From Moniliella sp. 'wahieum' (Eukaryota): DNA of 64,000 nucleotides. Both the position numbers and the translations under genes were made by a program. The stretch is taken from the NCBI GenBank assembly GCA_003971905.1, contig RSEE01000071.1:1-64000 (forward strand), written 5' to 3'. The first letter of the stretch is position 1; each line of letters begins with the position of its first letter. The notes beneath the pieces were generated by a model. The model was given only the letters and a program-made list of their open reading frames with translations. It did not search any database and was not told the origin of the DNA. This document shows, one piece after another, positions 24,982 through 39,075 of the stretch.

Positions 24982-27812
24982 GCGCCGCGCCTACCCTCTC
25001 GGTTTCCCCGCATTTCTTCGCTTTTCATTATCACGTCTTCTGCTATCTTCAAGATACCGAGGAGAGTGGTCTCGGTCATATGACTCCTTAATACGCCACT
25101 GGCAAGTGACATGGGTACTGCAAATTGCTCGTCGCCGAGGAGCCAAGGACGTTTCGCACTCCAACTATCCCGCACCTATGGAGTAGCCCGAGGCCGTATG
25201 GAATGGGCTACATCATCCATTCTTTTGTATCTGTTTTTTTGCTCTTATACCGACCAAACAACAAGGTTCCGATACGCTAGAAACATGCTGGCCCCCCATA
25301 ATCTCAATCTGTTGATGCATGAAGTAAAAAGTAAACCTCGCTCCTTTGCCTGTAGGGCGTTTGTTGACACAATGGAGGCATACATCACACAAGACCATAG
25401 CGCCTGCCAACCCACGCGCGGATGGAGGCCTTCGGCCGATACTCTCTCCCATTCTCCTGCTTCTTCCTTGCGTTCGTTACACTCGGACGTATCAAGCGGA
25501 AACGGGTTTCGAGTGATTCTGCAGCCCCGTACTTCCCTGCTCTCGGTAGCTGAAAGATGAGGGGAAACCGTTTCCCTCAACGATTATTAAGATCCACGGC
25601 GGGCCGAATCCCTCGTTCGTTCCTACCACAACGAGATGCCATGCTCACAGTCAAAGCGCACCCACCCACTCAGTTTTACGTCTCTTCTGTCAAACTGGCA
25701 AGGAGAGAAGAGGAAATTCGGCAGTTCCCATATCGCCATAGGATGGGACAGAGGTGAGCTTCATGATTGCTACAAAAAAAGTACATTGTGCTGCGAACCG
25801 CCGATGGTGACGAGTCAATGCCCGGCACACGACGCGACGGTACGGGATCAAAGCGTACAAGAAGGGATCGGCACCGATTGCGGGGCAGCTGGGCGATACA
25901 GTGCTGTAGAATGTCGATAATGGGCAACCATTCGCAAGGGAATCATGGCGATAATGGGATTGGAGTGTACACGTTGGACACCATTGGGCTTTTGACGACT
26001 GGACCCCGAACGCGAACCCGGGCAAGCGGCAGACGTGTCGTGGAGGGAAGGAACAGACCATGCACATTTTGTCCATCGGCAAGCGCAACCATCAATGTCG
26101 ACGAGTCCAAGTCTGATTGGGGGAGCGAACCAGCTGATCAACACTGCCAAGGGCTCATTGCGTAGCAGTCGTGTGGCGATAGGTGGCGGCCCGAGGTGAT
26201 CATAGCGGTCGTAGCGGTCGTCGTGGCGGTCGTAGTTGGCGTGGGGCAAACTAGAATTCGAATACACCTGTCACATCTCTCCTTGCATGCAATGGGTGGC
26301 GCCAGGAGGGGGCGATTGGCGGACACAGACAGGGGCTCGACCTGAACGTTCAAATCCATGCATGATGTATGATGCATGATGGGGACGAGGGGTAGCCGGT
26401 AGGGTTAGAATGTGCCGCGGTAGATGGGTGATAAAAGCGCTGATCGATCATCCTGGCAAGCCACGGTGTGTCGCAGTCGGGTGGATGCGCGCGAGTGCCC
26501 CCACGCCAGCGACTCACTAGTTGACGCGTGACGCGTGACGCGTGGAGGCTTGGCTGCCAGGCTGCCCCCCCCCCCTATGCCGCCTCAGCGCCTCTCCACC
26601 CGGTGACCGAACTGCGGTGTGCTGCGTCCTGCCCGGGCCAAGTCCTGTGCGCTCGGCTTGGGCACTGCCACTGCGGCGGTTGTGGGGCAGGGGGTGCGTG
26701 GGGGGAGGGTCGGGGCGAGCGGTGAAGCGGTGCCGGCCGGTGAGCGCTAGTGGGTCCCGGGCACGGCCGACACTGGGCAGGTGGGTTCCCTTGCGGTGGA
26801 GGCACTCCGCCGGTGTGCCAGCGCTCCGGGTGCGCAGCACGGGGCGGCTGCGTGCTGGTAAAGTGTGCGGGCAGCTAGGAACTCCAGACGCGATGGTGGC
26901 TGCTGGCAACCAGCATATCGCATCCCGCACCTGCTTAGCAACCGCGACCGGGAACAAGGAAAAGGTTGGACCCGACGCGCGGCACAGCGCGTGGAACACT
27001 GGTCAGGTGCGGCGGGCGAGGCTGGGCGACGCGTGGCCGCCGCGCCCGGCGGGGAGCTCGATGGGGCATCATGCATCATGCATCGGTGCCTCATCGCTGC
27101 GCTGCACTGGCTCCACGCATCCGCTGCATGCCCCTGACACGTGACATGTGACATGTGACATGTGACAGGCGGCTGGCGCGCACGCAGCAGGGGCCAGTGC
27201 TGCGCCCAAGCCCCGGCAGGCCCAGGCGGCAGGCTCAGCCTCGCATCTCTCTATCTGCCCGCGGATCGGGTCTGGCCCACCACCACACCACTGCTGGCTG
27301 TCTGGCGTGGCTCACCGCTCGCCTCTCTACACCACGTCCACTGCCCTGCCCAGCAAGTACGTCTGCTCTGCGCCCCTGCCCTCTCCGCTTGGCCACCCTT
27401 CCCGTGCTACTGCGGTCGCCCCTGCGCATGTTGCTGCTGCTTCTGTTGCTCCTGCTGCCGCCATCGCCGCCACCGCCTCATCTTGTTCAGCTGCCCTCGC
27501 CTGCATCCAGCAGCTACCTTCTCCCTTGTCTGGATGGACGGCCAAGGCGGACAGATGGATAGATGCGCACCCGGCCATTGGCATTGCAGTGCAGGGGCGA
27601 CAACAGTGGTGGCAGTACTCAGTGCAGTGCACTTTTCGTCGCATCAGATCCAGTGGACTGCGCCTTGGCTGTCACTCGCCTTGTTTGTTTTTTTTCCCTC
27701 TGTTTACTAACCCCTTTCCCCTTTGTCTGCAGATCCCCCCTCTTCCCCTCCTCCCTCATCTTTTCCTTCATCCCCAACCCTTTTCCTGTGGGTGTAAGCA
27801 CACGTGAGCAAG

Positions 27813-28893
27813 ATGGATCTTCGTGTCGGAGGCAAGTTCCGCATTGGCAAGAAGATTGGCTCCGGCTCGTTTGGTGACATTTACCTTGGTATCAATATCA
27901 TCTCGGGCGAGGAGGTGGCAATTAAGCTGGAATCGATGAAGGCCAAACACCCGCAGCTGGAGTACGAGGCCAAGGTGTACAAGTCGCGGTGGCGGAGGGG
28001 TGTATCGTTTGTGCGCTGGTATGGGCGAAGAGTGCGACTACAGGGCGATGGTGATTGACCTACTGGGTCCGTCGCTGGGGATCTGTTCAACTTTTGCCGG
28101 CGCAAGTTTAGCCTCAAGACGGTGCTGCTCTTGGCGGATCAGATGATCTCGCGGATCGAGTATGTGCATTCGCGCCACTTTATCCACCGCGACATCAAGC
28201 CGACAACTTCCTCATGGGCATTGGCAAGCGCGGCAACCAAGTCAACATATTGACTTTGGCTTGGCCAAGAAGTACCGGGATCCCAAGTCTCACCTCCACA
28301 TCCCTTACCGTGAGAACAAGAACTTGACTGGCACCGCGCGCTACACGTCGATCAACACGCACCTTGGAGTTGAGCAGTCGCGTCGGGACGATCTCGAGTC
28401 GCTTGGGTACGTGCTGATGTATTTCCTCCGCGGCAGCCTGCCCTGGCAGGGGCTCAAGGCAGCGACCAAGAAGCAGAAGTACGACCGGATCATGGAGAAG
28501 AAGATGACGACGCCGACGGAAGTTGTGCCGTGGCTACCCCTCCGAGACGGCCGTGTACTCAACTACTGCCGTTCGCTTCGGTTTGACGACAAGCCCGACT
28601 ACAGCTATCTGCGCAAACTGTTCCGGGACCTGTTTGTGCGGGAGGAGTACCAATACGACTATGTTTTTGATTGGTCCATCCAACAGCAGCGCACCAAGGA
28701 AGAACGTCACGCTTCTCCGCGTGCCGATGCTGCCGCGGCTGCCGCTACGCTACCCCGCCGCCCGCTGGCGGCAGACGAGGCGGCGCATGCACCCCGCCGT
28801 CCGGACAATGCTCCTTTTGACCGGCCCGAGTACCTTAACCCCCTCCTTTCTTCCTTCTTCTCTCCCCCTTCAAGCTTCATTCTCCTTGTTTGA
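27813..28893 (+). CDS. HRR25: Casein kinase I (Hrr25/Hhp1)
   Basis: [87 protein letters not shown]; likely 5'-UTR intron with TACTAAC ending 27732. Confidence 0.96.
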
Positions 28894-30147
28894 GTCACCT
28901 GGTCGCTCTTGTGCTGGGGCATTTCTGTTCATGCCGCGCGCCGACGCGCAGGCTCCCACGCGCCGCCGCCACGTCCTTTGTCCTAGTCCTAACCTGCTCG
29001 CGGCGTTGACGCAGCCACAGCCTGTTGCGCCAGGCCAGATTGGCACGCACCCTGGACTTTCCCCGATGTTCGATTCCCTCATTCCTCAAGCCGATTGCTC
29101 CGTCCTCCTTCTTCACTGCCAGGGGGAACGGGCCGTCGGAGGGAGGGCGCTGCGCTGGGCTCGCTCTCCTTCCGTCCTGTGCTGTGCTGTGCTGTGCCGC
29201 CTTGCGCTGTGCTGCGTTTCCAACCCACCCTACTCTACTGTTCCAGCCTGGTCTCGGTCGTTCGTTTGTGTCGTGCGCTCGGGGACGGCAATGTATGCAT
29301 TTTCGTTGGGCTTTGAGCGGAAAGCTACGAGGCAGCAAGGGAAGCGCCCGCGGGCGAGGTGGGAGAGAGATGTATTTAGGAGGCATGCTTGCGACAGACC
29401 CCGCTGTAGTCCCAGGAAGCTGGAAGCACGTTCTCAAGTTGTCGTCCTTGGAGCTTGGCAAGGCACAGCGGGCGCTGCTGGGGCACGTGGGGGCGAATGC
29501 AGGCGAACACAAGAGAGACTGTGCATACGTAATGGATCATCGGCGACATGGCCCCATCGCGTAATCGGCAAGCGGCGAATCGCGTGACAAGGTGCGGGCG
29601 TACGTAGGGCATGTGATGCTGCCCAGGCAGTGCTGCTCCACCCGGCTCGGGCAAATGGAATTGCACCGACTGGAGAAGGACAGATCCCGGGTGCCGCCGA
29701 GGGACGGAAGTTTTGGGCAGCCAAGGCGCCCAGGGCGGCAACCTTCGTGGCTTGAATTTTTGAAGCTTCAAATCCAGCCTCAGTTCCAGCGTCACGCGTC
29801 AAGCGTCAAGCGTCAAGCGTCAAGCGTCAAGCTTCCCTTGGCGGATTTTTCCCAGTGTGGGAGCTCTGCGCTTCACCTTCACGTGCGCTTCACTTGCGGT
29901 AGCGAGCGCCTGCTTCCCGCACCACACCACCGCCCGCCCTTTGGCGCTCCCTGTGCGTGCGTGTCCACCAGCTGCGATGGCCATGCCGCTCGTCGGGATG
30001 CGTGTGCTGCCTTGCGCCGCGCCCGCGCTCACCCTCACGCTCCGCGCGTCGCGCTCACCACCCGCCACATGGCCACCACTCCCTGCCGGCCCGAGCCAAC
30101 CCACAGCCGCCGCCAGGAAAGCAGCGTGGTGCTCACTGGCGCGTCCC

Positions 30148-31305
30148 ATGCCCCAGCCCAGGCCTCAGTCCATGCGAATGTCCATGCCCAAGCCCAACCG
30201 CAAACCCACGCCCCACCCCCGCCCAATCCCCCGCCCAATCCCCCGCCAATCCCCCGCCCAATCCCAATCCCCAGCCCACTCTGATCTTGCTGCTGCCGTC
30301 GACATGCAGGCGGCGGCGGAAGAGCACGAGTATGCGTCGCGCCTGATTGCTGCTCGGACGGGGCTGCCGCACCGGTGGGCGGTGATGGTGGTAGCGTTGG
30401 CGGTCAAGGCGTTTTCCAAAACCTGTTGCCCTCAATTTGAAGTGGAAGGTGTGGAGCGGTTTCTGGCCTTGCTGCGTGACCCGGTGCGGGGCAGAGGGTC
30501 GAGGGATTTTGACGTTTGCCAATCACATTTCTACGTTTGACGAGCCGTTGATCTGGGCCTCGATGCCGCTCCGGTCGTTCCTGACGCCGTCGACGACGCG
30601 GTGGACGTTAGGTGCGCGCGATGTGATTTTTACCTCGCCCTTCCTCACGCGCTTCTTCACTGCGGGCCAGGTGGTGCCGACGAACCGTGGACAAGGCATC
30701 TTCCACGCGCGCTGGACGAAGGGATTGATCTGTTGCAACAAGGTCATTGGGTCCACATTTTCCCCGAGGGCTATGTCAACCTGTCTACGCAGATGTACCT
30801 GCGGCGGTTCAAGTGGGGCATTTCGCGTCTGCTGCTCGAGGCGAGCGGGTGCGAACGCCCAACGGGCAGCGCTAGCGCTAGCGCTGCGCCCATCGTACTG
30901 CCATCTGGATCTCGGGCTTTGACCGCATCATGCCCGAGCAACGTACTTGGCCCCGCTGGCTGCCCCGCTCCGGCGCCAAGATCAAGATTACGTTTGGAGC
31001 GCCGATCGAGGCCGAGGAGGTGGAAGCGTACCGTGCCGCCTATGCCGGTGGAGCGTTACCCGTCTTGCCCTCTACGCATCCCATTCCCGATCCTACTTTC
31101 TTCCCCCGCGCCCGGACCATCCCACTACCGACTTTACCCCCATTCAGCCCACTCGCGCCCGCCCTCGCCGCAAGCCAAGATACCCTGCAAAGCAGGCGGC
31201 CCGCTCGGCCCTGGCTGCGTTTTTGCGCACAAGCTCGCTGCGCTCGGCGCCGAGGTACGCCTGGCGGCAGGCGAAAAGGGCCCGGCCAGCTGGCCCATCG
31301 GATAG
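30148..31305 (+). CDS. TAZ1: Tafazzin (cardiolipin transacylase)
   Basis: LTFANHISTFDEPLIW, RWTLGARDVIFT, FFTAGQVVP.NRGQGIF, WVHIFPEG, RFKWGISRLLLE; start approximate. Confidence 0.9.
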
Positions 31306-31564
31306 GTCGGTACAAGGACGTACCCTGTCCAAGTCGTAGCTTGCTTTTGCGCTCGCCTCGGCGCTTGCCTGCCATGCCCGCCATGCTCATGCTCATGCCA
31401 TGCGCAAGCGAATGCGAATGCAAATGCAAATGCATAAATGAAATGCGAATGCGATACCTTGCTCCTCCCCGCAATCCTATCTATCCTTTATGGCGTGCTG
31501 CTTTTCTCTTTTTTTCAGCCGGCGATGACTACCTACAGACACGCTGCCTGGCTCAATGAATCGA

Positions 31565-32987
31565 TTAATACCGTCGCCATGGCCTGCGACCACGGCTGCT
31601 GGGAACGACCAAACGGCCCATCCCTCCGGGGCCGTAGGGGCGCACCACCCCCAACGGGGTAGGCCGCGCTCTTTGAACGGGTCCGGGTCCAGGTCCGGGC
31701 CCGGGCCCGGGTGCAGCCCCCGCGCGACTTGGATCGGCAGTCGGGATGGCATGCGACCAAGCGAGTGGGTAAGAAGGGTGCGTGGACAGGGGTGGTGCGC
31801 CAGGCACGCCGGTTCGGTCCCAGTTTCCGCCGCGCGATACCGCCGACCGTACGGGGTAGCAGTAGTAGACGCAGGAGCGATGGGTGTAGCCGATGTAGTC
31901 GCCGGTGCAGGCGCTGTCGAGGTAGGCGGCGTGGCGGTGACAAGGGGGTAGGTAGGTACTGCGCGAGAAGGCAGTGCGAGCGCGGCCTTCGTTCCACTTG
32001 CTGGGCTGCGGTGCGGAGGTTGTGGCGGATACGAGCATGTTCCTTCCCTCGGGGGCAAAGGTGTTGGGGTTCGTGGGGGGAGTGACTACGCGCTGCCACG
32101 CTCGTTCCAGCGCGCTGTGAACGGCAGGCGAGCCCAGTACCTGCTCGAGCGAGGGGGAGGGCACGTCGCTGGGCAAACCATCCCTCGCGATGCAAGTCGG
32201 CGCGCAAGTCGGCCTCGTGCGCTTGGAACGCTTGGAACAGCTCGCGTCGCAGCTGGTCAAAGTGACCTGCTTGCTTGAACCGCGGTACGTCAGCTCATCT
32301 ACTGCTCTCGCACGAATGGGGAGGTGGGAAGGGGACGTACTCTAGCATCACCTCTTCTGCTGTTAGGGGGCAATCGTCCCCCGTATCCAGGACAGACTGT
32401 TCCTGCCGTAACAGAGCACGGCGCTCTCCCGCTGTTTATGTTGGAGGAGCCCGTCGTGAACTGGCATACGCGCTTGCGTACGCGCAGAGTCAAGTTCCGA
32501 TGGTGCGGGGGGATGCTCTGCTTGCCGGTTTTCCCGGGACGGGGCAGAGGGAGCAGCCGCACGATCGGGCAGAAGTGCCTCCTTTGCACGGGGGGGAAGA
32601 CCCGGCTTTGCGCCTCCTCAGCAGGTGCGCGCACACGATCCTCCTGCCGCCCCTCGTTGGGTCCAGGGCGCACCGGCACGCCTGACTCGCGCTCTTCTCG
32701 TGCCGTGTGGGGTAGGATCTGGCGGGCCGCGCCATCAGGGCCGGGACCGGGCGGATGGCTAGGATGCAGCGATTTCCCACATCCGGATGAGACGGGAGGA
32801 TACCTGCCCTTCTTCCCAACCATGGATGCCGTCCGATGGTGTGCGCCCGCGTGCGTCGGCTCGGTCGGGCGCTCGGGCACGGGCGTGCGGGTGGGCAGGT
32901 TGTCGTGCTCACCGTCGGGGGGGATTCCAGCTCGCCCTCTTCGTGCTCGGAGATGGTGGGGGTGGGGGGGAGGCGCGGGGAGGGCAT
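31565..32987 (-). CDS. Hypothetical protein, divergent from ULA1
   Basis: MPSPRLPPTPTISEHEEGELESP.. through frameshifted ORFs to ..GRRPWRRY* (31565); no family recognised. Confidence 0.4.
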
Positions 32988-33178
32988 AGCGGCCGCGGTG
33001 GGGGGGCAGAGCGCCGGAGGGATGGCGGTGGTGGTGGTGCGGCCTGGGCGAGATGGCGGAGGGTTGAAAGTTGCAGGCGGCGTGAGTGTTAGCCTCACCG
33101 CCTCGCTGGCCCAGCGACGGCGGAGTGACTTACCACCCGCTCTGCTCGCCACCCCGCCCACCACCCCGCCTGCCGCGA

Positions 33179-35396
33179 ATGTCCGCCTCGGTGCCCGCCC
33201 GCGTGCGGATGCTCGGTGGCTGGTCCCTGCCTTGCGCCCCCCTAACCCCCGCCTACCCCCCGCTTACCCCCGCCTACGCCCCGCCTCGCACAGCCCCGAC
33301 GCCCACACGCAGCGCTACGACCGCCAGCTGCGTCTGTGGGCGTCCTCGGGCCAGGCCTCGCTCGAGACCGCCGCCGTGCTGCTCGTCGGCTGCACCCCCG
33401 AGGGCTGTGCCGCGCTCAAGAACCTCGTCCTGCCCGGCCTCGCCTCCTTCACCATCCTCGACCCCCGCCCCATCACGCCCGCCGACCAGGGCAGCAACTT
33501 CTTCCTCTCCCCGCACGCCAACGCCCACGACGGCGCCGCCTACCGCGCCGACTCGGCCGTCGAGCTGCTCCAGCAGCTCAACCCCAGCGCCCGCGGTGTC
33601 GCTCGGCACGAGGTACGTCGAACGTCGAACGCCGAACGTCGAACGTCTCTCCCCTTTCCTGTTTGTCCGTTCCGTTCGGACGTTGGCTGACCTTACCCTG
33701 CACCCCCAGTCGGTGGCCGACGTGCTGGCGTCAGACCCGGCCTTCTTTGCCTCCTTCACCTTGGTCATTGGCGGAGCTCCCGCTGGCGCAGCTGTACCAG
33801 CTCGCTGACATTTGCTGGTCGCCCCCGGGCGCATCCAGCCGGCACGCCTACGTGCCTCTGCTTCACATCCGCAGCTCAGGGTTTGTGGCGGAACAGATTG
33901 TACAGATCAAGGAACTGGGCGGTACGTTGCCTTTCTCTCTCTGTGCGCCGACCTAGCCTGCCCGACTGACCCTTTGCCCAGTGGTGGAGACCCACCCGAG
34001 TCGTACGTTTCCCTGCGCATTGTTACCCCCTGGCCGGAGCTAGAGGCATATGCACTACGCATGGACCTGGCCCCACAGGACTCCATGGCGCGTGCGCACA
34101 TCCCCATGCTTATCATCCTCATTCGTGCGCTGCACCGATGGAAAGAGGAGGTACGTGCCCCCCCCCCCCCCCAGTTTCTTCCTTGTGCTGAATCAACTGA
34201 CAAGCACAGCACAACGGAGAGTTGCCACGCCCATCGCGGGACCGGGATGCATTCAAAGCGCTGGTATGGAGTTTCCAGCACCCTGGCGTCGACACGGAAA
34301 ACCTCGAAGAAGCCGTGGCAGCGATCAACTCGCATGTCTGGCGCCCTATCAACCAATTGCTCGATGCCAAGCAGCCCTGTTCTGCGTCGATTCCCCTCGA
34401 GATCCAACAACTGTTTGACGACCCAATGTGCACCGACCTCGCTCCCGACTCGCCCCGGTTTTGGCTTCTGGTCCGTGCGCTGAAAGAGTACGTTGCTGCG
34501 CCCACCTCTGCCTCGGTTCCCGGTGGGGGCGGGTACTTGCCGCAAACGGCAGCGGTACCGATATGAAAGCGCTCTCGGAAGTGTATGCTGAAATCCGAGC
34601 CGTGTACCGCGCCAAGGCGGAGAAGGACTTGGCTGCGTTCCAGCAGCATCTGGACCATGTCCTTTTGCTTGCCCACCAGCCCGCCACCACCTTCTCCCCC
34701 GAAGAGGTGGAGAGCTTTGTCAAACATGCAGCCCACTTGGTCCTCATCCGCGGAAGGAAACTTGAGGACCAATTTGAGCGTCCCCTGCCTGTTGAACCAT
34801 GTACGTCTCGTCTTGTGTTTTTTTTTTGTTCTCTCTTGTCCGATGCGCGGCAGGGCTCTGTGCTAACCCCCCACTCACCCACCCACCCCATCGTGTGTGT
34901 GCTGTGCGCAGTTATGGTCTTTAGCCCTGACCTTGGCCCCGTCACACTTCCCCACCACATTGCCTTTCTGGCCGCGTCCAAATTCTCGACCAAGCATGGC
35001 CGCCTGCCCGGTTCAAGTCTCGAGTTTACCCAGCTGGTGCAATCCCTGCCTTCGGCGGCTGTTTCCTCCCCCTCGCTCGACCTGGAGCGGCAGAGCGGGG
35101 GGGAAGACGTGTCGGATGCGGAGTTCGAGGCAGATGCGGCCGAGGTGCGCGTCATAGCACGCTCCCTCGGCACCAAGTTCGATCCAAGTGGCGACGAGGC
35201 GGTAGGAGAGTTACTGGATCAGGCTGCGACCGAGATGGTCCGGGCTGGTATGTCCTCTTTGCCATCGACGACGGCGTTGTTGGGTGGCATCGCGGCGCAA
35301 GAGGCTATCAAGTACATCACCCGTCAGTACATTCCCGAAAAGAACACGGTCGTCTACAGTGGCATGGAGCAATCGGTGGGTGTCTTCAGCCTTTGA
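33179..35396 (+). CDS. ULA1: NEDD8-activating enzyme E1 regulatory subunit (Ula1/APP-BP1)
   Basis: PDAHTQRYDRQLRLWASSGQASLE, LKNLVLPG..FTILD, GSNFFL, HIPMLIILIRAL..WK, ALLGGIAAQEAIKYITRQYIP..NTVVYSG; about 5 introns. Confidence 0.92.
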
Positions 35397-35679
35397 TTCT
35401 ATTCGATGCTGCTTGTACCGGATGATGTCTGTTGCCTGCAGGATGCCTCTGGCCTAAGAAGAGGTAGAAGGGCTGGAAAGTCGGTCGTAGTAAACTATGT
35501 ACTATGCCAGCGTACTAGAAAGGACAACCAAGCAAAAGAAGAAAAGGCCACATGGTTTGTACAAATGCGCCAAGGCCAAGGTAGCCATGGAACAGTTGCA
35601 AGCCCGCAGTGACCTACATCTAGCAGCGGTCTTCTGTTGAGATGCGCCGCCGCGAGGGAGGCCGGTCGAATCGGGGGGA

Positions 35680-36338
35680 TTACTGCTCGGCAGCTCGCTG
35701 GTAGAGCTTGAGGTTCTCGACCAGGGGGCCCTTGGTCGTAACGTACTGGAGGTAGCACCCGTCTTTGATGATGCGGTTCTCCGACATGGCCTTGGGGAAG
35801 TGGTCGCGGTCGAGTTGGGTGAAGCCCCACTTTTTCGACACGATGATCTTTGCCGACCGGCAAACTTGTAACGGGCGCGGCGCAGCGCTTCCAGCACAGC
35901 GGCCTGGTTGGTGTCCTTGGAGCGAATGGAGAGCAGGACCTGACCAATGTTGACGCGCGCAACGAGGTCGTAGGGCTTGCCCCAGGCATGGCGCATGCCC
36001 GTCTGCAGCCGATCCGCCCCGGCACACGAAAGCATCTTGTTGATCCGGATCACATGGAACGGGTGCACACGGATGCGCAGGTGGAAGGCTTCTTTGCCAG
36101 CCTCCTTGACCAGGTACTTGTTGGTACAGATGCGCGCGGCCTCAAGCGCCTCCGAGGTGATCTGCTGGTGCTCGTCACACACCAGGTGGGCACAGAAGGG
36201 AAAGTCGTCAACAGACGCGCGTTTGCGGCCCAAGTCGAAAATGCGGATCTTGGGGTCGGGCACACCACGGTTGTAGCGCGACTTGGGGAACGGCTTGTTC
36301 TTGCAGTAGCGGTAGCAACGCGCAGGACGACGACCCAT
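35680..36338 (-). CDS. RPL10: 60S ribosomal protein L10 (uL16)
   Basis: [64 protein letters not shown]; one frameshift ~35850; no coding intron. Confidence 0.97.
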
Positions 36339-37293
36339 GGTGAAGGGAGACTTGGCGAGGGAGGAAACGCGGTGGCGAAAGGAAAGAAAGATGGCCTGGC
36401 AACGCTCCACAAGCCGAAATATATATCTTGGGCCCCGATCCAGCCAACAACCGTTGGCTCCCGCTCCGCCACCCTGCAGCTGCTGAGCGCTGAGCAACCC
36501 CAAGAGGCCGTTGAGAGGCAGTGCGCGCGTCAGCGACCCAGCCCGCAACGACCGGCTCTTTCCCGCTGTCGGCGCTAAGGGCACTACCACCGTGCGGCAG
36601 GTTTTGGCCTCCTTTGGCTGCCCTGCCGGCCATGCGGGCATCTTTTTTTATTGGCTTTTTCCGACTGGCGACCTGCCTTGAAGATTCCCTTTGCCCGGCC
36701 CCCAGCAGCTTTCGACGGCTGGGGGCGGTCGCACGGCTGGGCAGGCTGACTACACACGCCGGGCAAGCGGCGGGGAGGGTGGTCGATGACTAGTAGTGGC
36801 TAGGACTGAACGGGTGGTGGATGACTAGTGACTGGTGCCTCCCGCGTCCGCTGTGTGCGACATAACCTCGCTCGATCGTGCCTCGCCGCTCTGTAGAGCC
36901 GGTCACGTGACTTTGCACTCGCCCTGTGCCTTGCGGCGCAAGTGACGTCACCGTTTCCTCCTCGCTGTCGGCAGATGGTTGCGCCACACCACCGCGCACG
37001 AGCCCAGTCGAGCGCTCTCAGCGCGGATCTCAGCCTGAGATCTCTCAGCGCTCTCCTGCCCTCTTTCCCAGCCTGACTTCTTCCCTCGCCCACCCACTCA
37101 TCGCACTCCAAGGATGAGCACGACGCCAGGACTCAAACTCAGTACAACTAAGAAGGACGAAAAGCAAGTAGGAAGAATGTCTGCCAGACATGACTGTATC
37201 AGTGGCCGTTACAGCAGGCTATAAACGCGCCTGGCGCATTTCCCCAGTCTCTTCCCAGACGAACTCCAAAACTAATAATATGGCACCCGCGTA

Positions 37294-38500
37294 CTAATGA
37301 GGCCTACCAACATACGCTTCCTCCACATCCGCTTTTGGAAGCGTCGTTCCCGTTGCGTGTATACATTTTGTATCCCAGCACGTGTCAATCTTGATCCGTG
37401 GCGTTGGTGGACAATTCGCGCTCGTCTTGACGTTCAGTTCTGCGTTCTTCAGCGTGTGAGGGTGAGGGCGAGGTGTCGCTAGCAGATGTGGGGAACAGCT
37501 CACCGCCTGTTGTGTGTCCAGGGCCGAATCGGACGCATCGAGGACATCAAGCCAGCGGCGCAGCAGATACTCTCTGGCATCCGACGGCTTGGCCCGCTGG
37601 ACGGTCCCGTCCAAGCGGGGCAACATTCCGCGATAGGTAGCCGGTCGAATGAGCAGCCTGTACTCGGTAGGAGACAAGGGTAATGTGTGCAGCTGTTTTG
37701 CACCCACCGTTCAACCTGCTCGAGCGGGACGCAGTACCCAATGCTAGGATGGAAGGAGAGGTAGTGTTGCGCTTTTCGGATGCGGGGCGAGACCAAGTCG
37801 GTAGAGAAGACGTGCAAGTGGAGGGTGCGCATGGAAGGAACACTATGGTACACCATGGAAATCGGCCAGGTCTTGCCCGCGCGTTGGGGCTTGGTTTCGC
37901 GCGCAAGCGCAAGCGCGGGAGGTGTGCCCGTCTCGAGCGATTTGGCCACACGTACCAACGCCCATTCGTCCGTGGGGCTGTCGTCCCGTGTGACCTGCGG
38001 CATGTGCGCTTGAATGATGCGCTGCATCTGGTCGTAGCGCAGAAGGGACAAGGGTCAGTACGAGTCATTCGAGGTCCGAGATCGAGGCGCGTGAGTGAGG
38101 CGTGCCGCCCGTATGCCATGATGCATGGTCAGAGCTAGCAAATCAAAATCCAAATCACACTCGCACCAAGCAAGCCAGTGGGGCACCACCTACTACCATT
38201 GCAGTCGCTCGCACTCTGCGCAGCACTTCGCCCGCCCACGGGACGGAAGTAGGGTGGAAAGGTGATCGAGCGTCGTGTCGTCCAGGCTCGAGCCGTCGGG
38301 CAGTGGGAAGGGAATCCGGGGGATGACTAACACGTGGTACTTGGCTTTAGGGTACGCATCCGTCACTGCCACCGTCCAGCGATCCACTACTAAACACACG
38401 CCCCTTTTCCGCATCAACCGACCTGGACCCGCCGGAGGCGACGTGGCGTACCGCGTCAAGGCGTGGTCCCATGTATGATCAATGTCGCTGGACGTAAGAT
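37294..38500 (-). CDS. HNT3: Aprataxin-like HIT hydrolase (Hnt3)
   Basis: VTDAYPKAKYHVLVIPR and YHSVPSMRTLHLHVFSTDLVSPRIRKAQHYLSF; 5' end uncertain. Confidence 0.8.
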
Positions 38501-39075
38501 GATCCTTCGAGCACGGTCGGGGGGTGGGCAGGGGAAGGCCTTTGACCTGGTGTCCGGCTTATCCGAGTAGCCAAACCAGCAGGATGATTTCGTGCAAATT
38601 CCTGCCTGGGGTTCAAAACCTCTTGCCCGCTGGAAGGCAAGGACTCCGTTCCGGCAGGTGCCATTGGAGACGGTAGAGGGGAAATGGAGTTGTTGAGAGA
38701 ATCAGAGTGTGCCTCTGAGGATGGTAGGGAGCCGCGATTCACTTCCTCGTCCTCCCCCTCCTTCTCTGGGCCGGTGCAGGCATGGGAAGAAGCATCCCGC
38801 GTTGGGGTGAAGTTCGTCCGTGGACGCAAGTCCAACTCCGTTGGACGGTTGCGTTCCCTTGCGGCGCAGCGGCGTAACCTTCTTGCCCCCCCCCCTCCCA
38901 CTTGAACTTCCAGTACCGCATGACCCCCGAATGAGAAGCCCATTTCTGCTTCCGTCGCACTTTCTCTCCCAAAGCAAAGGCAAAGGCAAAGGCAAGGTAA
39001 AGGCAAAGGCAAAGGTAAAGGTAAAGGTAGTATTGATTACGTTGGTTCAGTGTCCGTGGTCAGGAGGGTGTCGCG

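Noticed and set aside
37114..37224. 36-codon ORF MSTTPGLKL.. divergent from RPL10
   Set aside because: No recognisable motif or supporting evidence
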